A DNA stretch of 64,000 nucleotides from the human T2T-CHM13v2.0 reference genome, Homo sapiens. The notes under the pieces were generated by a model. The model was not told where the DNA came from. It ran no database searches and was given only the letters and a program-made list of their open reading frames with translations. A program made the translations under genes and the position numbers. The DNA lies in the NCBI RefSeq assembly GCF_009914755.1, contig NC_060926.1, one strand, 5' to 3'. Below, in pieces: positions 45,871-62,605 of the stretch; position 1 is the stretch's first letter, and every line of letters starts with the position of its first letter.

Positions 45871-47209
45871 TACTACTACAGATACCACAGAAAAAGATTA
45901 TTCAAGGCTGCTATGAACACCTTTTTGTGTGTAAACTAGAAAACCTAGAGGAGATGGATAAATTCCTAGAAATATACAACCCTCCTAGATTAAACCAGGG
46001 AGATATATAAACTCTGAACAGACCAATAACAAGCAGTGAAATTGAAATAGTAATAAGACTGCCAACAAAAAAAAGTCCAGGACCAGATGGATTCACAGCT
46101 GAATTCTATCAGACATTCAAAGAATTGGTACCAATCCTACTGACACTATTGCAGAGGATAGGGAAAGAGGGAATCCTCCCTAAATCATTCTATGAAACCA
46201 GTATCACCATAATACCAAAACCAGGGAAGGACATAACAAAAAATGAAAACTACAGACAAATATCTCTGATGAACATAGATGCAACAATCCTCAATAAAAT
46301 ACTAGCTAATTGAATCCAACAGCCTATCAAAAAGATAATCCACCATGATCAAGTGGGTTTCATATCAGGGATGCAGGGATGGTTTAATATACCACATAAA
46401 CACAATTAAAAACAAAAATCACATGATCATCTCAATAAATGCAGAAAAAGGATTAGACAAAATCCGGCATCCCATTAGGATTAAACCTTCAGCAAAGTCA
46501 GCATAGAAGGGACAGACCTTAATGTAATAAAAGCCATCTATGACAAACCCACAGCCAACATAATACTGAATGGGGAAAAGTTGAAAGCATTCCCCCTGAG
46601 AACTGGAAAAAGACAAGGATGCTCACTTTTACCACTTCTATTCAACATATTACTGGAAGTCCTAGTCAGAGCAATCAGACAAGAGAAAGAAATCAAGGGC
46701 ATCCAAATTGGTAAAGAGGAAGTCAGACTGCTGCTGTTTGCTGATGTTATGATCATATATCTAGAACACCTTAAAGACTCTCCAAAAAGCTCCTAGAACT
46801 GGTAAATGAATTCAGCAAGGTTTCAGGATACAAAATTAATGCACACAAATCAGTAGCTCTGCTATATACTAACAGTGACCAAGCTGAGAATGAAATCAAG
46901 AACTCAACCCCTTTTACAACAGCTGCAAAAAAAAGGAAAAGGAAAGAAAAAAAAGAAAATACTTAGGAATATATCTAACAAAGGAGGTGAAAGACCTCCA
47001 CAAGGAAAACTACAAAATACCGCTGAAAGAAATAATAGACAACACAAATAAATGGAAACACATCCCATGCTCATGGATGGGTAGAATCAATATAGTGGAA
47101 ATGGCCATACTGTCAAAAGCAATCAAAAGCAGTCTACAAATACCACCATCATTCTTCACAAAACTAGAAAAAACAATCCTAGAATTCATACGGAACCAAA
47201 AAAGAGCGC

Positions 47210-47565
47210 TGTATTAGTTCATTTGCATGCTGCTGATAAAGACATACCCAAAAGTGGGAACAAAAAGAAGTTTAATTGGACTTACAGCTCCATATGGCTG
47301 GGGAGGCCTCAGAATCATGACAGGAGGTGAAAGGCACTTCTTACATGGCCGAGGCAAGAGAAAAAATGAGGAAGAAGCAAAAACGGAAACCACTGATAAA
47401 CCCATCAGATCTTGTGAGACTTATTCACTATCACAAGAATAGCATGAGACAGACCGACCCCCATGATTCAATTACCTCCCCATGGGTCCCTCCCACAACA
47501 CGTGGGAATTCTGGGAGATACAATTCAAGTTGAGATTTGGGTGGGGACACAGCCAAACCATATCA
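47210..47565 (-). mobile_element. THE1 (THE1A-like) MaLR solo LTR
   Basis: tgtattagttc...ggggacacagccaaaccatatca, 356 bp; TSD agcgc/agccc. Confidence 0.93.
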
Positions 47566-49283
47566 AGCCCACAGAGCCAAAGCAAGACAAAGCAAAAAGA
47601 ACAAATCTGGAAGCATCACATTACCCAACTTCAAACCATACCCTAAGACTACAGTCACCAAAACAGCATGGTACTGGTATAAAAATAGGCACATAGACCA
47701 ATGGAACAGAATAAATAACCCAGAAATAAAGGCAAATATTTACAGCTAACTGATCTTCAACAAAGCAAACAAATACATAAAGTGAGGAAAGGACACCCGT
47801 TTCAATAAATGGTGCTGGGATAATTGGCTAGCTACATGCAGAAAATGAAACTGGATTATCATCTCTTACTTTATACAAAAATCAACTCAAGATGGATTGA
47901 AGTCTTAAATCTAAGACCTGAAACTATAAAAATTCTAGAAGATAACATCAGAGAAACCCTTCTAGACAGTGGCTTAGGCAAAGACTTCATGACTACAACC
48001 CAAAAGCAAATGAAACAAAAACAAAGATAAGTAGATGGGACTTAATTAAACTAAAAAAGTTTTTCTGCACTGGAAAAGAAATAATCAACAGAGTTAACAG
48101 ACAACCCACAGAAAGGGAGAAAATCTTCACAATCTATACATCTAACGAAGGACTAATATCCAGAATCTACAAAGAACTCAAATCAGCAAGAAAAAAAAAC
48201 CCAACAATCCCATAAAAAAAGTAGGCTAAGGACATGAATAGACAATTCTCAAAAGAAGATAAACAAATGGCCAACAAGCATATGGGAAAATGCTTAACAT
48301 CACTAATTATCAGGGTAACGCAAATCAAAACCACAATGTGATACCACTTTACTTCTGCAAGAATGGCCATAATAAAAGAATTTTTTAAAAAAATGTTGGT
48401 GTGGATGTGGTGAAAAGGGAACACTTTTACACTGTTGGTGGGAATGTAAACTAGTACAACCACTGTGGAAAACAGTGTGGAGATTCTGTGAAGAACTAAA
48501 AGTAGAACTACCATTTGATCCAGAAATCCCACTACTGGGATCTGCTCAGAGGAAAAGAAGTCATTATACAAAAAAGATACTTGCACCTGCATGTTTATAG
48601 TAGCAAAATTTGCAATTGCAAAAATATAGAACCAGTCCAAATACCAATCAACGAGCGGATAAAGAAAATGTGATATATATATACTATGGAATACTACTCA
48701 GCCATAAAAAGGAATTGAATAATGGCATTTGCAGCAACCTGGATGGAATTGGAGACTATTATTCTAAGTGAAGTAACTCAGGAATGCAAAACTAAACATC
48801 GTATGTTCTCACTCACAAGTGGGAGCTAAGCTATGACGACACAATATTGTAAGAATGATACAATGGACTTTGGAGACTCAGAGAAAATGGTGGGGGTGCG
48901 GTGAATGATAAAAGACTTCAAATTGGGTATAATGGACACTACTTGGGTGATGGGTGCACCAAAATCTCAGAAATCACCACTAAAGAACTTATTCATGTAA
49001 CCAAACACAACCTGTTTCCCTAAAACCTATTGAAATAAAAAAAAAATAAAATGAACCATACCACCCAAAGCAATCTACAGATTCACTGCAATCCTTATCA
49101 AAATATCAATGACATTCTTCACAGAAATAGATAAAATAATCCTAAAAGTATTATAGAACCACAAACAACTCTAAATACCAAAGCAATGTGAGCAAAAAGA
49201 CCAAAGCTGAAGGCACGCTACTAAAATATAATACAAACTTATGGTAACCCAAAAAGCATGGAACTGGTATAAAAACAGACACG

Positions 49284-49639
<356 letters not shown>

Positions 49640-49812
49640 TTACAGCCAACTGATTTATAAAACATAGATTAAAATTGGATCTCTCTGAATGTAATTTTTT
49701 TGATGATGTTACTTTACAGCCATATACATTTTTACATAATTATAAAATAAATAAAAGTGAAAGGCAGTTCTCAAGAATCAGAAGCAAAATTAACTAAATG
49801 AACTTAGTAGTA

Positions 49813-50157
49813 TAGTGGTCCCTCAGTATTAATGAGGGATTTGTCTCATGACTTCCCCCACCCCCAAGAATACCAAAATCTACTGATATTCATGTCCTTT
49901 ATATAAAATGGCCTGGCATTTCCACATAACCTACACACATATTCCCAAAACACTTTAAATCATCTCTTGATTACTTATAACACTTACTATAATTCCTACA
50001 CATTATTTCTTTAATGTGGATTCAACATAGCGTTTGGCTTGGGAAAAATTGAAGTTTTGCTTTTTGGAATTTCGTGGAATTTTTTTTTCTGAATGTTTTT
50101 GATCCATGGTTGGTGGAATCCATGGATGGGGAACTAACAGATATAGTGGCCTGACTG
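49813..50157. mobile_element. MER2-type Tigger MITE
   Basis: agtggtccctcagtat...ataccaaaatc...ggttggtggaatccatggat...ggcctgactg. Confidence 0.85.
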
Positions 50158-50280
50158 TGTATCAAATTTGTGGCATAACTTTATGAAGAACATGATTTCA
50201 AGTCACTTTAAAATATAAATGTTTTTTAATCGCTTGTGGGATGCATTTACAAAGAAAAGAACTGCAAAGAAATCTTAGAA

Positions 50281-50403
50281 TTTTTTTTTAAGAGGTTTTG
50301 CTATATTGCCCAGGCTGGCCTCAAAGGCCTGGGCTCAAGCAATCCGCCTGCCTGAAGCCCCTTGCGTCACTAGGATTACAGGTGCATGCCACCACACCCA
50401 GCT
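50281..50403 (-). mobile_element. Alu monomer (FLAM)
   Basis: ttgcccaggctggcctcaaa..ctgggctcaagcaatcc...ccaccacacccagct. Confidence 0.82.
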
Positions 50404-50494
50404 TTTGGAATGCTTTTATAATTTTACAAGTAGGATTAATATTTGTATAATTATTCAAACATTCTATAAACATTGTATATATGTTGATAAAGCG

Positions 50495-50698
50495 CAGCCT
50501 GTGAGCCAAATACAGCCTATGACCAGTTCTTGTAAATAAAGTTTTATTAGAACGTAGCCATACTTATTTGTTTACATATTGCCGATGGCTGTTTCTGAGC
50601 TGCAGTGGCAGAGTTGAATAGTTGTGACAGAGACTGTGGCCTGCAGAGCCTGAAGTATTTACTATCTGGCCTTTACAAAAAAAGTTTGCCAACCTCTG
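50495..50698. mobile_element. MER58A (hAT-Charlie MITE)
   Basis: gtaaataaagttttattagaac...gcagagttgaatagttgtgacagagac...aaagtttgccaacctctg. Confidence 0.88.
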
Positions 50699-50741
50699 TT
50701 CTAGCTCTTTCTCCAATACAATAACACGCTCAGGACAAGCA

Positions 50742-50796
50742 CAGCATCCCAAATCTAAAAATCCAAAATGCTTCAAAATCTGTAACATTTTGAGTA
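50742..50796 (+). mobile_element. Tigger4-type terminal fragment
   Basis: agcatcccaaatctaaaaatccaaaatgcttcaaaatctg resembles the left end of the element at 12004. Confidence 0.6.
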
Positions 50797-51334
50797 CTTT
50801 GGAATTAGGGTTGTGACTTTTTGTCTCTAATTCCGTATCACTGGCACTAAGGTTCTAAACAGTGCTAGGGCAGTGCTGTATATTATGACCAACGAGGTAG
50901 TTGTGTTGTTTCGATTCTGTTTGCTCCTGTATCTTAGGAGTAACTTAGAGAACAATGAGGAATTCTAATGAGGAATGAAGGTGATACAAAGCTGAGAGGA
51001 TTTATCAGTAAAGGCCAGTGCAACAAAAATACTAAACAAGGTTATTCAGTCAAAAAAGAAAATATATCGGATAGATACTTGGAATGATATAAAGGAATGA
51101 AGAGTACCAAAATGGTAAATACATGGGTACATATAAAAGACTTTTTTTTTTACATTAAAAACTAGGAGCAAAAACAGTTTCAATGTATTATGGCATGTAT
51201 TATATATAAAAGTGAAATTAATAACAATAGCACAGAAGATAGGAGGAATGAATATATACTGTTGTCATGTTCTTACACTATCCATGAAGTGGTATATTAT
51301 TTGAAAGCAGATGGTTATAACTTAAACATGCATA

Positions 51335-51942
51335 AAGTAGTCCCCCCTTACCTGTGGGGGGTCCCCAGTGGATGCCTGAAAGCATGGATAATACTGAATC
51401 CTATATATACTGTGCATGGTTTTATTTTTCCTTCTTCACAATTTCATGGACAGAAAATGTTCTAACCATATATCTTAGCAACCTCAGCATATGATTTTTT
51501 AATCTTTCCTTATTATGTTGAGAACTTGCACATTTTCTTTTAAATTAAGCACTTTAAAAAGGTTTCTCTTTGGTATATCCGAATTGTCAGAATTACTACT
51601 TTTGAGCTTTGGGGCCATAATTTGGCAAACTAAAGGTAACTTGAACACAAGCACTGTAATAGTTTTACAGTTGATATAATAACTAAGATGGCTACTAAGT
51701 GACAAATGGGCAGGTAGCTGTATAAAGTATGAATATGTTAGACAAAGGGATGATTTTTATCCTGGGCAGGATGGAGCAGGACAACACAAGATTTCATCAT
51801 GCTACTCAAAATGGCACACAATTTAAAATGAATTGTTTATTTTTGGAATTTTCTTTTCCATTTAATATTTTTAGACTGCAGTTGACTGTGGGTAACTGAA
51901 ACCATGGAAGGTGAAGCTGCTGGTAATAAGAGGGGACTACTG
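51335..51942. mobile_element. MER44 (Tigger7 derivative)
   Basis: TIRs agtagtccccccttac / taagaggggactactg with TA flanks; homologous to 16803-17529. Confidence 0.9.
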
Positions 51943-52208
51943 TATTTTAAGCCCTAGAACAAGCATTTGCACATGGACATAGACACACAAAAAAATTTAA
52001 AAATGAAGTATAGCTAATAAACCAAAATAGAAGGTAAATTGGAATGCCAAACAAAACAAAACAAAAACAAATTAATTCAAATGAAGCACCAAAAAAGGTA
52101 AAAAGAAGAAAAGGCAAAGAACAGATATGACAAAAAAATGAAATGACAGGTTTAAATCGAAATACATAATTACATTAAATGAAGATGGTCTAAACAGTCC
52201 AAAAATAA

Positions 52209-52565
<357 letters not shown>

Positions 52566-53077
52566 CTACATTTTGTCTACGGGAGACCCACTTTAAAGAC
52601 AAAGATAGGCAGAAATAATAGAATAAAAAATATATATAATGCAAACACCAATCAAAAGAAAGCTGAAATGCCTATATTAATAAAGGACCAGTAAACTTCA
52701 GAACAGTAACTATTATTGGGGGAAAAAGCCATTTCATGAAAAAGGTCAATGGCTTTAAAATGGTTGATGCAAACTCTGAAAGAGCTGAAAGTAGAAGTAA
52801 TGAAATCCACAATTATAGTAAATAGTAAAAATAGATTTTCCTATTTACTAGTTCTAAAGTAAAGAGGATTTAAACACTCCTCTCGAAGTAGTTGAGAGAA
52901 CAAACAGAAAGTCAGTGGATATAAAGACTTAAACTTCACTGTTAACCAACTGACCTAATTATCATTTAAAGAGCAACACCCAGCAAGAGCAAAATATACA
53001 TTCTTTCAGTACACATGGAACATTAAATAATAACACAAGGTCATGAAACAAGTTTCTCTCTCTCTCTCTCTCTCATT

Positions 53078-53235
53078 TTGTTTTTTTTAGATAGGGTCTT
53101 TCTCTGTCACCCAAGCTAAGGGGCAGTGACAATCATCGCTCACTGCAGCCTCGAACTCTTAGGCTCAAGTAATCCTCCCACCTCAGCCACCCAAGTAGCT
53201 AGGACTTCAGGCGCACACCACCACACTCAAATTTT
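53078..53235 (-). mobile_element. AluJ right arm, preceded by a (CT)n tract at ~53054-53074
   Basis: agatagggtctttctctgtcaccca...ctcactgcagcctcgaactc...caccaccacac. Confidence 0.85.
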
Positions 53236-53266
53236 TAAATTTTCTAAATGTAATATATATCTGGAT

Positions 53267-53729
53267 TGTCAGGCCTCTGAGTCCAAGCTAAGCCATCATA
53301 TCCCCTGTGACCTGCACATATACATCCAGATGGCCTGAAGCAACTGAAGATCCACAAAAGAAGTGAAAATAGCCTTAACTGATGACATTCCACCATTGTG
53401 ATTTGTTTCTGCCCCACCCTAACCGATCAATGTACTTTGTAATCTCCCCCACCCTTAAGAAGGTTCTTTGTAATCTTCCCCACACTTAAGAAGGTTCTTT
53501 GTAATTCTCCCCACCCTTTAGAAGTACTTTGTGAGATCCACCCCCTGCCCCCAAAACATTGCTCCTAACTCCACCGCCTATCCCAAAACCTGTAAGAACT
53601 AATGATAATCCCACCACCCTTTGCTGACTCTCTTTTCGGACTCAGCCCGCCTGCACCCAGGTGAAATAAACAGCCCTGTTGCTCACACAAAGCCTGTTTG
53701 GTGGTCTCTTCACACAGACACACGTGACA
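53267..53729 (+). mobile_element. Solo HERV-H LTR (LTR7B type)
   Basis: tgtcaggcctctgag...cacgtgaca, 463 bp; perfect TSD tggat (53262-53266, 53730-53734); three tttgtaat..ccccac..ttaagaagg repeats; AATAAA at 53665-53670. Confidence 0.95.
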
Positions 53730-53959
53730 TGGATATTTTAAAAATCCAATCTTATGGTCACTGATTTTCAACAAGTGAATTTAATTCATTTACATTTATT
53801 ATAATTTATGATGTTTAGATATTCTAGCTAGCTTATTCTATGGTTTCTTATCATACCTTTAACTATTTCCTTTTGATTATTTCCTATTTGCTTTTTAATT
53901 TTTTATCAAGTTTTCTTTGTTGTGTTTTTCCTATTTACTAGTTCTAAAGTTATAGCATT

Positions 53960-54345
53960 TATAGTAGTCGGCTAAGGCTGTCATAACAAAATACCACAGA
54001 GTGGGCGGCCTAAACAACAGAAATTTATTTTCTCACAGTTCCAGAAGCTGGAAATTCATTGTCAAACTGGCAGGTTTGGTTTCTCCCTGAACCTCTCTCC
54101 TTGGCTTGTAGATGGCCACCTTCTTGCTGTGTCCTCACATGGTCTTACTTCTGTGCACACCCATTCCTGGTGTCTCTTCTACTTCTTGTAAGGACACCAG
54201 TCATATTGGATAACGGGCCCATCCTCATGGCCTCATTTAACCTTAATTACCTCCTTCAAAGGTTCTATCTCCAAATATAGTCACATTGAAGGTCAGGGCT
54301 TCAACATATGAACTGGGGAAGGGTGGATATAATTCAGTCCATGAC
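53960..54345 (-). mobile_element. MLT1B/C MaLR LTR
   Basis: ggctgtcataacaaaataccacag...aacaacagaaatttatt...aaggacaccagtcatattgga...aattcagtccatgaca. Confidence 0.88.
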
Positions 54346-55574
54346 ACCATCCATTCTTTTTTTTTTTTTGGCTGAATATCCTTAAATTTTCAACATACTC
54401 ATATCAACTTATTTTTCTAAAAATACCTAGGGTTTAATCAGTATCCACTTATTCTGACTTTTCTCCACTCACTCACGCTACTCTTCCTGTTGTAACACCC
54501 TAATTATTCATCCTTGCTTGCCCAGGAACACTTTCCCATTCCTAGTATCCCTTTCCTCAGGGCATGAAGAACTTTTTGGTGCTCCTCCCAATTTTGGTAG
54601 CAATCTTCTCCTCTTGACATTTTGGTTTCTGCTTTGTTTCTTCTATTTCATTCTGTTTTACAGTTTTCAATAGATTCCTCACAAACTCTGGTCCATCAAA
54701 TTTCTTGTCTTGAATTCCAGTTATAAATTTTTAAAACACACATGCATACACATGCATCTTCCATCATTTCCAGAGATTTGGCACAGAAGTAGAAGAGATT
54801 TATGTGTACACTCAATCTAATATCTTAAAACAGAAGTACATTTCATTTCATAGTTAATTCTTCTGACTGGAGAGTTCCAATTGGGAGAATTTAAACTTGA
54901 AAGTCCAAGCTAGGTTTGAGTCAACAGAGGCAAAAACGAGTCTATATTCATAATATTTAAAATTGCAATTATAAGGTATGTAATAAATGGTAAGTCTTGT
55001 TTCAGAAGTTAGCAGGTATAAAACTCCTCTATATAAAAACAGTGCCAACAAAGCAATTCTATGTCAACTTGATCACCAAGCAAGTGCCTAGGAGTGGCAG
55101 ATGTAAGCCATCCTACAAAAATCATGCCAATGAAAGACAAACTACCCAACAGTATCATGCCAAGGGAAGGCACAGATGGCTGGAGAGCAGCAGCTATAGG
55201 TCTTTTTATAGCATTATCAGATGGCACAGTTGACATTCCAACTGGACCTGCGCCAATGGCCAAGGTAATTAGGGATGCCAACATGAGAATGTTCAGAAGG
55301 CATACTCATCCTCATGCCATCCAACATGAAGCCAGAGATGCAATCTTGGGTGGCTTTTATGCCACAATGAGTAAAGTAAAATGAGTAGCTTTTATGGCAC
55401 AGTAATAATGAGTTTGGAGAGGTTACCTGAATTTTCAAAAGCAGAATAATGTCCTAAAGACAAAGAATTAAAAGCAGCATTTCTGTGGCCAAATTGACTT
55501 CCAAACCACACAGCATCTATTGAGAGAATGCATGTAATAGTAGAGTCTAGATCTGTGATAGTAAGTGAAAATTT

Positions 55575-58360
55575 ATATTTTTTAAGTAATCTCAAAGATA
55601 CAGAAAAGTTTCAAGTACAGTACAAAGATCACTTTTTTTCTGAACCATTTCAGAGTAAGTTGCCAACATATTCTTGAATACTTCAGCGTTTCTTTTCCAC
55701 AAATTAGGACATTCACTTACATAACCACAATCAAACCAATAAAATCATGAAATTAACACTGATATCATTACTCAAACTTAATCACTGAAGTTTCACCAGT
55801 TGTTCAAATAATGTCCTTCCTATCACAAATATCCATTTATTGATGCATTTAGTTGTAATGTTTCTTTAGTCTCCTTTAATCTGGAATAGTTCTTTGCTCT
55901 TACTTTCTATGAACTTAGCATTTTTGAAGAGTATAGGCTGGTTATTAGAATGTCTCTCAATGTAGGTTCAATCGATACTCCCCATGACTAGATTTGGGTT
56001 ATGCATTTTTTTTTCAAGAATACCAAGGAAAGGATGTTGTGTTCTTACTGCAATATATGAGGTGACAAATTACTTTTATTTCTTCCATTATTGATGATAT
56101 AAATATAAATTTTGATTACTTGATTAACAGGGCATCTGCCAGCCTTCTCCACTGCAAAGTTATTCCTTTTCCCTTTGTAAATCATAGATATTTCATGAGA
56201 AAATATTTTGAGGCTATGTAAATATCCTGTTTTTCATGAAACTTTTTCTCACCAGTTATAGCATCCATTATGGATTCTTGTCTTAGAAAATTATCACTAT
56301 GATGTTTGCCAAATTGTCATTTTCTAATTCTATCTTTACTTTTATATTTATTAGTTGGATTTATTTACTTGTATCATTATGAAGTCATGGTGCCTTATTT
56401 TATGCTACATGTTATAATCATCCTACACATTTTGATATATTATGTTCTCATTTTAAAATTCAATTCAAAATATTTCTCATTTTCTCTTGTGATTCCTTCT
56501 TTAATCCGTGATCTTTTTAGAGAAGTATTATTTACTTTGTATTTGGGAACTTCATAGATATTTGGATGTAATTGACTTGTAATTTAATTCCTTTCTTGTC
56601 ATATTTCAATCTTCTAGAATTTGTTGAGCTTTATTTTATGAACCAGAATACAGTTTATATTTAGGGAATATGCCATGTAGATTTGAAAAGAATGTGTATT
56701 CTGCAGTTGTTGGATATAGGTTCAAAAAATGTCAGATCAAGTTGGTTCACATATTTTATATATTCATGATTTTTTGACATGTTCTATGAATTATTATATT
56801 TATCTATTTCTTTTTTGGTTTGTCGGCTTTTGCTTCATGCATTTGAAGCTCAGTTATCTTCTTTAGGATTGTCATGTCTGCCTGATTAAACTTTTGTCAT
56901 TATAATGTCTCTCTTATCTCTGGTGATACTTTCTTTGTTTTTGAAGTCACTTTGTCTTATATTTACTGTTTGCAGGATATATATTTTTCACATTTTTTCT
57001 TTAAATTTATTTGTGTCATAATAATTAAAGTGCTTCCCTTATACACCAAACATAATTAGGTCTTGCTTTTTATCCAGTCTGACAATCTCTGACTTTAAAA
57101 AAAAAAAATTCATGTCTGCTTTTTGAGTATCCATCCAGTTTGAACTTACGGTCGTTATTTATTAATATATTTGGGGTTAAGTGTAACATCTTATTATTTG
57201 TTTTCTGTTTGTCCTCCTTTTCTGTCTTCTTTTGGATTGAATATTTTAAAAGTATTTTAAAATTTCCTCTTTTGACTTTTTAAAGCAACATACCTATTTA
57301 CATTTTTTTAAAAATCCTCTTGGCACCATAATATGCAATTTTAACTTATCACAGTCTACCTAGAATTCATACTGCACCACTTCAGTTAAAAGGCACAAAT
57401 CTTACAATAATATAATTCCATTTACCCCCTCCTCTGATGTTGCTGTTATTCATTTCTTGTAGACATAATTATCACAATGTATTGTTATTACTTTTGCTTT
57501 AAATAATTATATACTAAAGAAATTTTAAAATGAGGAAAGACTTAATATTAGTCCACATGCTTATGATTTTTAGGACTCTTCATTCTTTCATGTAGAGACG
57601 AGTTTTCATCTGGTATCATTTTTGTCCTATCTGAAAAACCTCCTTCAGCTTTTCTAGTAGTGCTGCTGCTAATTTCAATTTAATTTCACTAATTTAAAAG
57701 TATCTTTATTTCACCCTCACTTAAGGATGATTTTCACTGGATATAAGATTTTGAGTTGAGAGTTTTAGTTTTGTTTAGCATGTTGATGATGCTGTTCCAT
57801 TATCTTTTGGCATTACTGTTTCTGATTTGAAGTCAGTCATAATTCGTATTAGCTGTTGCTCTTTTTTGTTTCCTGGGTATTTTAAAGATACAATTTTTTG
57901 TTTCCTGGGTATTTTAAAGATTTAGCTCTCATCACTAGTTTTCAGTAATTTGTCTATGCTGTGCCAAGATATGGTGTGCCTAGGTATTGATTTCTTATAT
58001 TTGGAATTCACTGAGATTTTTGGATCTGTAGGCCAATATTTTTCACCAAGCTCCAATTACATGTATTTTAGACTATTTGATTTTGTTCCATAAGTCACTG
58101 AGACTCTGCTCATTTTTTGAAATATTTTTGTTTTCTTTAGACTGGATACTTTATACTGATCTGTCTTTAAGTTCACTGACCCTTTATTATGTCCAATCTT
58201 CTACTGAGTAAATGTTTCATTTCAGGTTTTATATTTCTTACTTCTAGAATTTCTATTTTGCTTTTAAAAAAACATACAGTTTCTATGTTTCTCCTGAGAA
58301 TCCCTATCTTTTCAATCATTATGTTCATCATTTCCTTGAAAATCCTTGAACATTTCTGAT
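55575..58360 (-). mobile_element. Old L1M fragments (L1MC-like 3'UTR, then L1ME-like ORF2/ORF1 region)
   Basis: aggacattcacttacataaccacaat; tgaaaagaatgtgtattctgcagttgttgga; ttatccagtctgacaatctctg; ttcactggatataagatt. Confidence 0.7.
57862..57921. repeat. Perfect 28-bp direct duplication with a 4-nt spacer
   Basis: ttttttgtttcctgggtattttaaagat acaa ttttttgtttcctgggtattttaaagat. Confidence 0.95.
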
Positions 58361-58569
58361 GACTTATTACCCAGAACACATTTAAAAGGAAGGCTAATAC
58401 AATTTCTTATAGGAAAGACCCAATGGCAGCTGCACCAGAGAGTCAATTACAGTTTTGTATGTGCTACACAGACTTATTTTTCACTGTCAAAGAGAAGGAA
58501 GAATAAGGCAAATTAATGTCTCCATAGTGATGGTGTTTTTGTGTCTCTGATTTTTGGATTACAAATCTA

Positions 58570-59540
<971 letters not shown>

Positions 59541-59789
59541 TTAAGTTTGGATGAGTCAGAATTCTAGTATTTCTCAGAACTGTGAAAACTCTAGCATCTC
59601 CATTTAGCCCTTAATCTCACAGCAGTGGCTTTTTGCTATGCCTTGTCTACCTATAGTCTAGCTCTCCATTAAGGACCCAAAGGGGACCACAATAAAGACT
59701 TCTGGGTCTCACCTCTTCACACGGATTCCCCCTTTCTGATATATCAAAAATTTTAGATCCCTTATCATCCCTGGATTCTGAACACTGAT

Positions 59790-62605
<2,816 letters not shown>

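Larger units (their letters stand above)
42867..49046 (+). mobile_element. End-to-end L1PB1-like LINE-1 nested in the older L1
   Basis: L1PB 5' end aagatgg..ataggaggcaggactagcttgcagctcc; ORF1 (PEKEFRRLIIKLIKE, PNLRIIGVPKEEEKSK) and ORF2 (PHISILMLNVNGLN) remnants; 3' end accactaaagaacttattcatgtaacc...ctattgaaataaaa; TSD taaaatgaatca (42855-42866) / taaaatgaacca (49047-49058). Confidence 0.95.

Noticed and set aside
42867-49046. Possible active full-length L1
   Set aside because: ORF1 and ORF2 are broken by many stops and frameshifts and by Alu and THE1 insertions.
53434-53535. Three ~31-bp direct repeats resembling a small array
   Set aside because: No unique spacers; these are the normal U3 repeats of the HERV-H LTR.
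55009-55284. 91-aa minus-strand ORF with a transmembrane-like stretch (GMILLGSLSFIGMIFVGW)
   Set aside because: No protein family recognised and no convincing splice sites; the region is kept only as a candidate regulatory island.
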